From Podarcis cretensis (lineage: Eukaryota), in assembly GCA_951804945.1 (NCBI GenBank), contig OX638152.1, positions 42,222,001-42,286,000 on the forward strand: a stretch of 64,000 bases of DNA, in the 5' to 3' direction. Each line of letters starts with the position of its first letter. Position 1 is the stretch's first letter. The translations under genes were made by a program, and so were the position numbers. Below are positions 48,701 through 61,554 of this stretch, piece by piece. Below the pieces are notes generated by a model. The model ran no database searches. It saw nothing but the letters and a program-made list of their open reading frames with translations, and was not told where the DNA came from.

Positions 48701-50227
48701 TTGAAACATCCAAGCTTGGAGTTGAAGTTTCTGGCTCTAACACCACACTGGCAAACTTTTTGAGAGCAAGTGTGCACTTCAGCTGTGGGACGGGACTAAG
48801 AGAATATTCCTTGTCCATGGGCTTCTATCTAATACAGTGATATCTTTCAAAGGATGAAGAACTAACTGCACAAATGCATTGCACAACTCACTATCTTCAG
48901 GCAGGAATGCTTAAATTAGCAGCCCAGACTTCCATCGCAAACACTAAAACTCATTCTCTTGGGATACCTTTCTGGGTCATAGAATTAAGTTTTGTTGTGT
49001 TTTAAAAGCAGCTTATTGGCTGCTCTGCAATTTTTTGCTCCATTGGGCCAAGCAGGTATTGCCCGTAGGCAAGCACTTGAGTGGCAAACAACACATTCAC
49101 CCTGTGCTCTCCACGTACTTGCTGCTAGGTGAGCAGTGCTGGTCCACTGCAGCATCAGCTGCATACATGGAGCTAGTAGCCCTTTGTGGCTAAAAAGGAG
49201 AGGAGAGTCATGCCTACAGCTGTCATGTTTAGCACTGGGCCATCACTGTTGCTGCCGTCAGGGATAGAATTGGGGCAGAAGTCCTGGGCCCCTCTGGACA
49301 GGGGGTCCCCCTAGATGCAGCAGGATGGGCTTGCCACATTTCAAAGCAAGAATTAAAGAAGGGTCCCTGTAAGATTGTCTCGAATCAGGTCCCTTACCAT
49401 CTAAAGAGCCCCACCTCCACTTTTCATAGACCATTAGGTCTAGAGTCCAAAATTTATCTAATGGATTATAGTCTTGCAGATGCATTTGAGGTGTGTTCTC
49501 CAACCTTAAAATCATGTTTGTTTGTTGATTTGGTTTTATTTATTTAAGCAATTTATATACTGCAAAGCTATAATTGTCTCCAAATGGTTTACAAGGCTGG
49601 GATGGTTGTGTGGCTGCTGCAGTACAGGAGGAAGGGGATCAGAAGGGAGGCAGCAGCAACAGTTCAGGCAAGCAGAGCAAGACTGAGAGATCAGTGCCTT
49701 GAATATGTATCCAAATTCAAAAGCGTTGCATGAAAAATAAGACCTTTGAAAAACAAAACGCCTTTTCTCATACATTTGATGCAGTGCAGTCTTTATCATA
49801 TATATTGCTGTTCCAAGAGAGCTTGACCTTTTTAAAAGTTCTGACCTTTCCTAGATTATGACTCGGACGGCAAATTGCCAACAATATCTGTGATCTAGTC
49901 CTTCTGCTTGTGATCTATTCCTCCTTCCTCTTTTATTATAATGAGTGACCTGTTCCCATTTGCTCAGTGGCATTATCTATTTCCAGCATTTGTACCCTGC
50001 CTTCCTACAATAACCAAGATACTTACATTGGTCAATAGAAATATACAACAACACATATACATCAATAAATTAATATTAAAGTAACAAAAAGCATAGGATA
50101 GGATCTTGCTTTAAAGCAGCATCCAGAAAAACATTGTGAAACAGGGCAGTTTCTGCTGCCTGCTGGAAGCTGATCAGCTGTTTCTCAGGAGTTAGGCACC
50201 ACAGCAGAGAAGGCCCTGTCTTTTATA

Positions 50228-50590
50228 AAGGTAAAGGTAAAGGTACCCCTGCCCGTACGGGCCAGTCTTGACAGACTCTGGGGTTGTGCGCCCATCTCAC
50301 TTAAGAGGCCAGGGGCCAGCGCTGTCCGGAGACACTTCCGGGTCACGTGGCCAGCGTGACATCGCTGCTCTGGTGAGCCAGAGCCGCACACGGAAACGCC
50401 GTTTACCTTCCCGCTGGTAAGCGGTCCCTATTTATCTACTTGCACCCGGAGGTGCTTTCGAACTGCTAGGTTGGCAGGCGCTGGGACCGAGCAGCGGGAG
50501 CGCACCCCGCCGCAGGGATTCGAACCGCCGACCTTTCGATCGGCAAGCCCTAGGCGCTGAGGCTTTAACCCACAGCGCCACCTGCGTCCC
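50228..50590 (-). mobile_element. Sauria SINE, distinct CpG-rich (young-looking) subfamily
   Basis: (AAAGGT)3 reverse tail, GGATTCGAACC reverse B box, 13-bp TSD CCTGTCTTTTATA at 50215-50227 and 50593-50605. Appears inserted in a decayed L2-like fragment (~50100-50700). Confidence 0.93.
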
Positions 50591-51839
50591 ATCCTGTCTT
50601 TTATAGGCCCCTGCTATGTTCTTGTTGGCAGAAGAGCATGGAGCAGGGCCTCTGGCTTATCAAGGGTGCATTTGGGAGGCGACTTTGACCTAATATACCT
50701 GCAGTGGCTCAGATAATAGTTTTCCTTCCTTAGTAAAATTTATTCTTAGCATATTTGGGACCCAAAATCCTGCAGGAAAATAAGAGATGGCTTCAGCAAA
50801 GGCAAAAGCCTCTCTATGTCTACAGTTCATTGAGGGGAGCTAAGTGTATACCACATCCATACGAAATACCCAAATCTGATTTTAAAAACAGAACTCTGCA
50901 ATTTCTATGTTTTGTAAAGTAAAATTTAAAAAGTAGTTTTAATCTTAATTAACTCAAGCTCTGATCTGACTAACATCTAAAGCAAAATATAGAGCAGGCA
51001 GTGTGGGATTGGGGGGGGGGGGAGCATGTGGGCCTGCTGTGCAGACTGCACATGGTTTTCAGACCTGAAGTTAGTTTGTGTGAAACAAGTCTGCAGATTG
51101 GTTTATATACATGCACCAAATGTATGGATTCCTCTGGTGGCTGATAAAAATGTGACATTTTAAAATTTGTGTGACATACTTGGGCTAAGAATGTTTTCCT
51201 CCTCCTGGACTGAAATGGAAGCTTTTCTTTGTAAAGTACAGTATCCAAATTGCTTGTCACTCATACGTGGCTTTTTAGCTGCTGTGTCTCTTGAGAGAAA
51301 TGTAGCATAAACAGTATAATAGCTGCTCAGACTTTAAAATGTAGCCTTGTTTGTGAAAGACAGGTTTATCCCATTTTTGTTAGACTGTGGAAATCTGTTT
51401 ATACTCTTTTGGATGTGCTTTGAGTGATCTGAAATGTGGTGGCTGCATGTGTGGCATTCTCTCCCCCTGCTTTTTTATTTATTTTAAAGTAAACACAGTT
51501 TTCCTTGATATTTTAGCAAGTTCCATTTCTTGCCAGATGTGCAAAACAGTATTTTGACAGCTCATATTTGTTTCTGATGCTGGTTTCTCCTCCTGCCCCC
51601 CCCCGGCTTTTCAAATCCCTTTTCTTCTTACCAAGTGATGAGTTTGGGTCTCATGTGCATAACTTAATTTTGAGTTGCTCTGTGTAAACCAAATAACATT
51701 AAAACTAAACTATGTTAACTGAATTACATAGGTCTGTGCATATGTTTTTACTAGACTTTGCAGCTCCTTAAAGCACTTGACCTGAGGGTTGTTGATTATG
51801 ATCTGCAGTGGAATGGCTCTCTGCAGGGACTGAACATTG

Positions 51840-52140
51840 GTGGTCCCAGCCTCAGGCAGATGATTTGGACATAAAACCAGTCAGAATATGTGGTTTAGCT
51901 CCAGATTTGCGATAGTCCTGACCTCCTGTTGACCCAGGTAGGTCATGTAGTATTTGAGGTTCACAACTTCCTCACCGTTGTCTGCCACCATCTCTGTAAC
52001 ACTATCTCTTGATTTAGCCTTCAGAATTGCAATCTAGAGTTTGTGGCAATCTGAACTTTGTTAAGATTACATGCCAGGAAATGATGGAAGTACCTCAGGC
52101 CCACTGCTGTTCATAGGCTGGAGGTTCTCTGTGTTGGACT
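51840..52140 (-). mobile_element. Highly decayed RTE-like LINE RT remnant
   Basis: Minus translation ...DNGEEVVNLKYYMTYLGQ resembles the GEEIEVVxxFxYLGS motif of non-LTR reverse transcriptases. Confidence 0.4.
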
Positions 52141-52463
52141 TAAGTCTCTGTGGATTACACACAGCTCTTGTTTGTAGGATATCTATTTTTATTACTTATT
52201 TTAAATTTTGTTTTATGAGAAGCATTGAGACCTAGGAACGTTTTGCCTATAGTTTTTAACCATGATTTTTGACTATAGGCAAAACTTTCCCAGGCAACGT
52301 GAATTGGCCCAGTGGCTTGAAGAAGGAGAAATACTTGAACTAGAGATCTGTAGAGTTCATTCTGAACATTCCAGTTTTTGGAAATATTAAGGAAGCCATA
52401 GGACTCCCTTCACTATGTCTGCAAACCTGAATATCTGGGGAGGAAGATTGGGCAGTGGCAATA

Positions 52464-52689
52464 CAGTGGTACCTCAGGTTAAGAACTTAATTCGTTCTGG
52501 AGGTCTGTTCTTAACCTGAAACTGTTCTTAACCTGAAGCACCACTTTAGCTAATGGGGCCTCCCGCTGCTGCCGCACCCCCGCCGTGCGATTTCTGTTCT
52601 TATCCTGAAGCAAAGTTCTTAACCCAAGGTACTATTTCTGGGTTAGCGGAGTCTGTAACCTGAAGTGTCTGTAACCCGAGGTACCACTG
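52464..52689. mobile_element. MITE family A, 226 bp
   Basis: TA-flanked CAGTGGTACCTC TIRs; colinear with the 8670 copy. Confidence 0.9.
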
Positions 52690-55600
52690 TAGTGACCTTA
52701 AGAAAAGGTCAATGTGCTACACTGGCCAGCCCTAAAATGCGAAAGATGGGCAGAATAAATAGGTAGGAGGCTAAGGGGAAAGGGATTATTCAATCTGAAA
52801 TACTCTATAGGATTCCACTAGACTCTTATTTTTTAGCAATATCCACCGACCTTCTCTCTCTCCCTCCACATTACATCGTACCTGATGTCTGTTGTACTCC
52901 TGGATCCTTTAACATACTATTTTCTAAACTTGACTATTTTAATGGCATTCTCTCAATATGTCATGCTGATACAACAATAATTATAGGTAACTTAATCTGA
53001 GTCTGTAATATTCCCTGCGCTTTCAAGGGATGTTTGTGGGGGATATTGAAGATACTGAGACAATGTACCTAGTGTTAGAAAAGACTTAACAGCCAGCTAG
53101 TTAAAATGCAAATCTTGACCAGACATTTTCCTTTTAATCTGAAGATTTGCATCTAGAATAGAAAACTAAATCTGGCATTTATCTGATTGTATGCTGCCAG
53201 AGCAGAATTATAACAAATCCATCCCATTTCAAACATGCTTTCAGTAGTTGTAGGATGTTGAAACATTGCTTGAGAATAATTGCCTGCCCGTGAGGGTCCC
53301 TTACATGTTTTCCAATAAATAAATAGCGTGCTGGGTAAGCTTACATACTGCCAAAAAGAGGGCACAGATTTGCATAAATTTGCATGTGTTTATATAATAT
53401 GCAAACTTAGAAATAGTGGGTGGAATTTGACGTCACACTGTTACAAATGTTTCATCAGCACAAGCATATCAGCTCCCCTCTCCTCTCGCTACTGTTCTCC
53501 CAACCACCCATCCCAAACCAATTTAGGGAGGCACAGGGGAGGGGAGCAGAGTCCTATTGTGAAGCCTTCTGCTGACAGGGTTTGTAAGGTGAATCTGACC
53601 CAATGACTGTAATAGAAATAGAAGTGCAATACATCTCTCACTGTCAAGGGCAAGGCTGGCCCAGTTGACCTGTGTGCCTATTCAATCTGCCATCCAGGAG
53701 CTAACTTTCATTTAAAAGTGGACTTGGACTGATCAGCCCTTCAACCAGAGGATGACTTCAAAGTAAAGCAAAGCAGGACATAATAGCTACCCTAAGTGAG
53801 CGTCATATTTGGGACTGACCTATGGTACTTAAAAAACAACAATACCACACACATACACAGTGTATGTATGTATATGGCCATGCCACAAAACTAGTAAGGC
53901 TCTCTCAGCCTTTAAAAATTTTCCTCTTTTCATTTCGCCACTATACACTTCATAAGAGTGTAGGCACTTGGTGTTTTTGAAGGTTAACTCTACTGTATCT
54001 AGAGCACTGTGGATTGCATTAAATGCAAAATACTGTACTCCACTGACAAGTCTAAGATAGATACTTAGTCCTTGTAAGATCGATCACAAACGGAAACTGA
54101 GAGCTAAGTGGCAAATCAAGGAGTACTTCTTAAGAACAGGCCTGCCTTTCAGAGACAAGAATCAGTAGCTTTTTACTGACAAGCTTCTCCTATCTCTTAT
54201 TCATATTTAATATCTCTTGATCATCAAAGGCAAGTTTTTAGAGGCAGAGGAGGAGGAATAGAAATTATGGCTGGGTTCGGAAGGAGTTCAATATACCAGT
54301 CAAGCTACTATAAACTACTTCCCTTGTTGCTAATCTGATTTTCTTTTTGAAGCTGAAATTCTATCCTGTAAAGGAGTAGGGAAACTGGTTTGATTTTCAG
54401 CTTAGAACAGATAAAGGAAGATAGCAAATTATAGAGATCGGTGCCTGAAACTAGAATTTACAATACCATAAAATATTAAATTAAAGAAGCATTAAATTGG
54501 TTAAACATCAGTGAGAAAAATCAACATACATCCCCTGCCCACTTCACTTTTAAAATTGCATAGTCATAAATGGACAGTATAAACCGACACTGACACAGGG
54601 TTCAAGCTTTATGAAAACAAACATTTACCAAGTCAATCAGTTTTTATAAGTCCCCTCCAAGTTCATCAGTTCATTTAAAACAGCAGTGAAGAAGCTGCAG
54701 ACCACAGACATAATTTGGTCCTCAAGACATCCCAGTTTGTCTCACTAGGTTATTTGACCAAACCATGTCCATCTGCCCTAGGCCTGACATCATATGTGAC
54801 ATATGGAATGTTCAGGGAGCTCCGCAGATCTCTAATTTAAACTTTTTCCTGCCATTGGCCCAATTTACATATCACATTAAAAATAAACTATTCATATATG
54901 ATGCCAGGTGCGGGTCAGATAAAGATATATCTGGCCTAAAGGGGCTTTGCCAGGATCACTGATCAGCTGAGTGACAGCATCTTCAAAGCCATGTGCAATT
55001 CCCTGTACACAGTGCTTTGTAAGTATGGATAGTCAACTGATTGTTTTGGTAAAGTGGCTCACCTGATATCATTGTGATGTCAGGTGACTGACAATGCTAC
55101 CCACCTGTCAAAACTTGACCCACAGGAGTTCAGGGGAATAAGTATGTGGCTCATCAGCCAGATTCAATTCCCAACTTAAAATTAGATGTATAGAGGTAGC
55201 CATAAGAACTCATCATTCCTTGGGTATAGCTTTGCTGAAGAAAACCTAATACCAGTTCAGTTCAGCTAAACACTGATAATCTGATCTATGCTAGAGATGC
55301 TAATTCAAAATTAATTCAGTTTCACAATCTTAGATCTTGTGTATCAAATCTAAATTCCCTAGACAGCAACTCCCCCCCCCCCGCAAAAAGAACATATTTT
55401 GGGGACCGAGCAAGTTCTAAAGGGTCAGCAGAATTGGCTTTCTCAAGATCTATCTTTAAGATGTCCTAAGTATCATAACTGAGCCATACACTCAGTACTG
55501 TACAAAGCTGGGCTGAACTACTTTGGGACAGTCTCATCCCTAGTACTCAAAAGTCTCTTGGTACCTCAAAGTACCTCAAGGCTGGTGCCACTGCCTACCA

Positions 55601-56424
55601 ATTTAGGCTGGTTGGAAACCGTATACAACTGACCCTAATATTTGTGGAGTAATTACAAACACTTTAAAGGGAACACCATGTAACTAGGGGGGTTTCTAAT
55701 ATGAGCCAGGCATGGCACTGAATTGTGAAATTAACCTCCTTGAAACCTGCTCCTGGCGAAAAATAAAATAAAAAATAAAACAAATCATTACCGAGAAAAT
55801 CAAACAAAATAAATGTATTTATTGCTCCCTTCTGTTACCAGGAAAGAAGGCATTGGTTCTTAGTTGTTTAAAAATTCTGTCCAAAATCCTAGACTTTTTT
55901 TAAAAGGGGAAATTGTTTCTGGCATGTCTTGTCTTTCAGGGAACAAGGGAGATACCAGGAGATGTAGGAGGAGTGTTTCTTGGTTTCCGTATAGACTGTC
56001 TTGAGTATACTCAAGGCAGGATGGGGGGTGAGAGAGAGGAGAGGGAATTAACTGAACAAACTTGCATCTTATTATAGCAAAAACAATTTACCTAGAAGAG
56101 GGGAGGAAATGTGAATAGGGGGTTGGATTGTTGCCCTGTGATTACAGGAAGGCAGGCATTTGTCTGGGCAGTCGAGGGCAGAAGGCCAGGCTACCTCTCT
56201 CATTATTAAAGTACTTAACATTAGCCCACGGGAAAACAGAAGGGCAGGATTTGGAAAGGTGTCAAATTCAAATTTACCCAGGGGATATGTGAGCAAATGG
56301 ATGTGTTTAAAACTAGGTTGTTGGGCTTTCCAAGTTGGAGGCTTTGGTACAGACTTGTAACAATGCATCTTGGGTTCACACACAACGCAGATCTTTCATA
56401 TGTGTGGCTGAGCCTGGGGGTGGT

Positions 56425-56723
56425 GGAAACCACCTTCCTGACCATTGGGCCCACTATTGGTCCTGTCCACTCAATCTGCTGTCTTTGCATGCGGTGGAAT
56501 CCCTAACTCGCTGCGGGTTTGAGACCCTTTGGCTACCCTCCCCTGGTTTAATCAGCCAGTCAAAGCCATTCCTAAGGTGTGGCCACTGTCACATGCTGAC
56601 AGTTCCCATGAGCCACAGGTGAGAGTTGAGTTCAGAGTGGGGACCAAAGATGGACAGACTACCTCAGAAGGAGCACAGTGTGTCCCTCACCAGAGGTACT
56701 ACCCCTCCCCTAACACCCCATAC
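56425..56723 (-). mobile_element. Partial copy (5' portion) of the RTE-derived element at 15259-15975
   Basis: Shared blocks GTGTGGCCACTG, CATGCTGACAG, GTGGGGACC and GTACTACCCCTCCCCTA. Confidence 0.75.
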
Positions 56724-58059
56724 ACCCTGTGACTGCAGATAAGCTTAAGACAAAATGCTATATACAGCAATAGCCCTCTTGTAAATCACTATCGCTGGCC
56801 TTGGATCCACTTACCGTGTGCCTTACTCTCCAGTCTGCCGTTGGTGGTCAGCCGGATGCTGCAGAGAAGCATCTGGAAGACAAATGTGTGAACATGGGGG
56901 TTTCCTTTTAATCGGTTTTAGCTTGCAGGTGCCAGTATACTTGCTCTCCCAAAAGCCATTTAATATCCCTGGGGTATTTAAGTACATTTTGAAAGCTACT
57001 TGGGTGGAAACCTTGTAATGAGAACCCTGTTTTCTGTCCCACGATTATTTACTTCCTCCTAGAGAGTCTGGATACAGAGAACGCTGCTGCCTCATGAATT
57101 CTGCAAAACATGCCCGTGTTTTTTTCCTCTCCGGGAGAGGAAAGCAGTGGTATATTAGGGGCATCTGTTAAACTATTTGCAAAGAAGTATACAACCTCAG
57201 TGTTCTTGCAATCATTGGTTTTGAGCACTAGATTAAGACAAGGAAAATGAGAGAGAGGTGGTGATAATGTAACTTGTTCTATCTCCTTGTCTTCAGTCTG
57301 AAATTAAATGATCCCTTGCCTTTGTATTTCTGAAATGCAGTACAAAAAAGGACCATGAAAAGATGCTAACAGTGCACTCGTTTTGGAGATCATGGAAGCA
57401 ATTTATATGAAAAGAAAGCAATTATGCTACGGAGGCTGCTACCCTTAAACTTTGTACTATGCAGCAGTTCTTGTGGGGATTTCTGGGGTGGGGGGAGGGC
57501 CTTGAAGCTTTATCCAAAACCCAGAGCACTGCAATCTGATACTTGCAATTAGTTCCACCTCCTGAGTCAATATTCAGTGGCCTAAGTGCACCAGCAAAAA
57601 TGTGCTGCAGTTATTCTACACAATAGCTTAGTTGAGGTGATAAAACATGGAAACACAAACAATTTATTTTCAGTGTACATTATTATTCAGGAATGTGGGC
57701 ATTAAGGGGAAAAAAACACCAAGTCAATCTTAGACATTTACTTCCTAGTCTCAGGATCATAATTGCAGCACTTAACACCAGCTTCAACTTGATAACATAG
57801 GCATGAAATGTGAAATACCACACTTGAAATGCTTTTTATAAAGTCAGAATTGGTCTTAAAGTACTGTTCTACTTTTCTGTATAGCAATTGCATAATAGTA
57901 AGTTGACGAAGTGTTTGTCTAGTTATTCCTTGTTAAAATATTTATGTCCCACCTCTGCCAAGATGGCTAATAACAATCACCTAATAAAAACCATGGTAAA
58001 ATGTAAAAGAACCTTAAGGGGGTTAAAACAGCTCATCAGCAACTGCATTAAAATAAAAT

Positions 58060-58530
58060 ACTATTAAAAGCCAGTGAGAGAATAAAGCATATTTTGTCTG
58101 TTTTCTGAGCACCATCCATGAGGGTGTTTGGTTAATATATAAGGGGAGGGAAATTCCAAGGAGAAGATGTCACAGCTGAAAAGGTGATCTCCCCTTTGCA
58201 GCCACCATACCTCAATGTTCAAAGGGCATTTGGTTCCGCCCCTGGTGACATTGCGTGTGTGTGACATCAGGACATTGTGTCGGTCCCCCTCAATCATCTT
58301 GAGACGTTGGTGCCTCTGATGAGGAGCCTGCCCCCTTCCCCTTTGCGCAAATTCATAACAATACCAACTGTTGCACCTTGCATTTGGTCTGGTAACAAAC
58401 AGGCAGCCAGTGTGGATCTCTGAACAGAGGTGTAATATTGTGACAGGGTCTCACTCCTGTCAACAATTGCTCTGCATAATTCTGCACTGACTACAAATTA
58501 CAGACCAAGCACAAGGACAGACCCACATAG
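58060..58530 (-). mobile_element. L2-type LINE fragment
   Basis: GGCAGCCAGTGTGG is the reverse of the HWLP codons; flanking VQN/ARL-like remnants. Confidence 0.55.
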
Positions 58531-58659
58531 ATTGGATTGTATTGATGCTTAGCGTAGTCTTCGTTCTTAGGTGTGATGGTAAGCTGCTTCCTGGCACCCA
58601 GGTGCTCTAGGAACCAAAGGCCATGTTGGATTCTGAAATGCCACAAAATGAAGTTCAAA

Positions 58660-58958
58660 GTAGAGGAGAGGAATCTTCTTTAACCTTGCTTTAAGGTTGG
58701 GGACATCCTGTGCTGCAGCCTCTAAGTAGTGAGACTCTCTACCCACAGAGGTGGACCTGACAGCTTCACTATACAGCTTTCAGCAAATGCTGGAGACAAA
58801 CCTGTTCACCCTGGCCTTTGACACTTGAGGGGCATATTTTTTAGGACCCACTCTGTTTTTGTGTTCGTAAGCTTGTGTTTTAAATGGCTTTTCATGCTGT
58901 ATTTAAAATTGTAACCTGCCCTGGGATCTTAGAGTGAAGGGTGGGTAAAAAAATAAAA
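58660..58958 (+). mobile_element. L2-type LINE 3' end
   Basis: ...GGAGACAAACCTGTTCACCCTGGCCTTT ... TTGTAACCTGCCCTGGGATC...GAAGGGTGGGTAAAAAAATAAA, a typical L2 terminal structure. Confidence 0.6.
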
Positions 58959-60560
58959 TGATTTTGATGGTAGTAAAGCATGCAGAATATTGCAAGATGT
59001 GGCAGAGAGTTTGCTGCTGTTTATCTCAATGAAGCCTAGAGGGAGGAGGCTCTGGAGTGGTCATATTCTATCCTAATATGTTTTGTTGTGCATAGATTTG
59101 AGATGTAAAATCAAGGCAACTTCATTTACAACCTTCACAATCAACTTGCCTACTGTTGCTTCCTTGCAGAATTTAATTATAATGGTAATGATTTTCAGGA
59201 ACTACTCTTAATAGTTTTCTCATTATTATACATCATTGTAAATCCACACTATTAGCGCTAAGTACAATCAAATACTCTTCATTTAACTACTAGCACATCT
59301 TAACGTTGGTTTATAGAATGTTTCAGCTTTTTGCCTTGCTTGTGCGTAATTGGAAATATAAAAACAACACTGAGCAAGTAAAAGCTGTGTAAACAGCTTG
59401 GAGCTTCTGGAGAGTTTAATAGCTTGAACTGCCTCCATTTTTTTTTAAAGTCTGTTTTTATAATAAAATGAAAATAGTCAAGGGCAGTTCATAGGGAAAG
59501 TACATTAGGAGAATGTATCCTTACTTAAGTGATTAGTCAAAATATTGTCACAAAGAAATGTACTTGTGGGAGAGTTTGTTGCAGGCATTCACATTGCAGT
59601 TGATTTGTAGTTCTTAAGATTTGTAGTTGATTTGTAGTTCTTAAGTAGAAGAGAATTTGGGAAGGTACAGGCACAGGAACCAGAGAGAGAGGAGACCTCT
59701 GAAGGCACCAAGAACAGCATGTTTGGGCCCAATCACTTTTGAGTCATATGAGATATCTTTAGAGAGAATTGACTCTGTCTTCAAAGGCCAGCTAAGACCA
59801 TTAATGAGATAAGATGCAAGTTTGCTTGAGCTGTCCGTTGCAGAGATTGGATGTTACCCCTTAAGAAGAATCTTGCAAATTTAGGCATTTAATGCAGTAC
59901 TCACATTGCCTTTGAGGCTGCCTCCTGAAGTCAGTGGCAAACTCTTGCTGAAACGAATAAAGGCATAATCATTTACTGCCTCTCCGGCAGGCATCTGGTC
60001 AGAACATTGCTTATCCAATGTGTGATGCATTTTGTGCCTGGAATTAGGGTGCATATTTTGAAGCAACTGCATTTGTTTGGGCAGTGCACTGCACAGTCAC
60101 AAGTCCTAGATCCTCTGGTGCAGCAAATATTGCATGGTGTTCATTGAACCGACTTGCATACTTATAACTGTTCTGAAATGCCTATGTTAAAACTGTGTAT
60201 GAGACCCTCTCTTGTAATAAGAAATGTAACTGTTCTATTTAATGCAAATAATGCAGTAGTAATTGAGCTTGTAACTGATGACCAACATTACTACTACTAA
60301 GCATTTAAGGCAATCTATATAATAGCCACTGGATAATCCTCTTGTAAATGAAGATGATACTTTTAACTAAAAGAACATTCTGCATGCATGCTTATAATAC
60401 TATACTATGCATACTATAATGTTTGGCTTAAAATTTCCTGTTTGTAACTAGCATTTTTTGTCATTCATGTGGCCAATGAACTGTTCTTAGGAAGTTTATA
60501 AAATTACTCAGTGTTTTGTGGCAATAAGGTGTCATTAGAAAGTATTGGCTGAAGGCAGTA

Positions 60561-60788
60561 CAGTGGTACCTCGGGTTACGTACTTAATTCGTTCCAGAGG
60601 TCCGTTCTTAACCTGAAACTGTTCATAACCTGAAGCACCACTTTAGCTAATGGGGCCTCCTGCTGCTGCTGCTGCGCTGCCGGATCATGATTTCTGTTCT
60701 CATCCTGAAGCAAACTTCTTAACCTGAGGTACTATTTCTGGGTTAGTGGAGTCTGTAACCTGAAGTGTATGTAACCACTGTACCACTG
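60561..60788. mobile_element. MITE family A with altered right TIR
   Basis: TA|CAGTGGTACCTCGGGTTA; right end reads GTAACCACTGTACCACTG|TA instead of GTAACCCGAGGTACCACTG. Confidence 0.88.
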
Positions 60789-61554
60789 TATTTTCTTCTT
60801 TACTTTATTCAACAAATGGAGACATGGAATAGTGCCAGTAAGGGAAGGGTCTGGACAGAATGAGGAATGGAAATTTATTTCCCTTTCTTTGCAGCTTTCC
60901 TTTTAGATCTCCACTGAGCCTCAGAGATGACTCTCCAAGGGATCAAGTGCAAATCCCCTCAGTTGGGAATTCACAGGTTGAAAGAGTTTGTGGCAGTGAT
61001 GCTGATCATCCTCAGACATTTATTAGTATTAGACATTTATTGGCTAGATGCAGCATTTATTGGAATACCAATGGCCAATGTACAATATGATTGCCTGCTT
61101 TCATTCCCAAGTGCTGTGAGGACAGTTCATTGGCTCAGATTAGCATGCAGATGCTTACCTACAAGGCCTTAGGAGGGGAATCAGTTGACTGCTCTCTCTG
61201 TTTTGTTAATAAATGATCAGCAAAGCTGTCATCCTGTCCCATCCCCCATGCCCCCCAAATAGCTTCTTTAGTCAGGCTGTGAACCACTGATGTAGAAGTG
61301 TTGTGCCTGTCTTTACCTTCTTGCAAATGGCTACAGTCCATGATATCAGTGACGCAGGGGTCAAACTTGCCCTCGCTTGTGACACTACTGGCAAAAATGT
61401 CTGGGTAAGGGACCTGGTTTTTATCTCTCTGTATCCCTGAGTACAGTAGCTTAATTGTCTTCTACAAAAGTGATTGGCATCTTATTAATATATTAAACAT
61501 GGAAGTTGAGGAGAAAATGTGAAAGAGTAGGCTGACAACTTTAAATTACGATAC

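Noticed and set aside
55059-55087. 13-bp stem hairpin TCACCTGATATCA-TTG-TGATGTCAGGTGA
   Set aside because: Too short for a pre-miRNA, and a related motif occurs at ~54783, so it is probably the centre of a decayed palindromic repeat.
59598-59645. Short local duplications (also at ~16739, ~23456, ~33160 and ~55561)
   Set aside because: Ordinary replication-slippage duplications of 10-21 bp with no further structure.
8670-60788. All four family A MITEs share the same orientation
   Set aside because: Probability 1/8 by chance; not meaningful.
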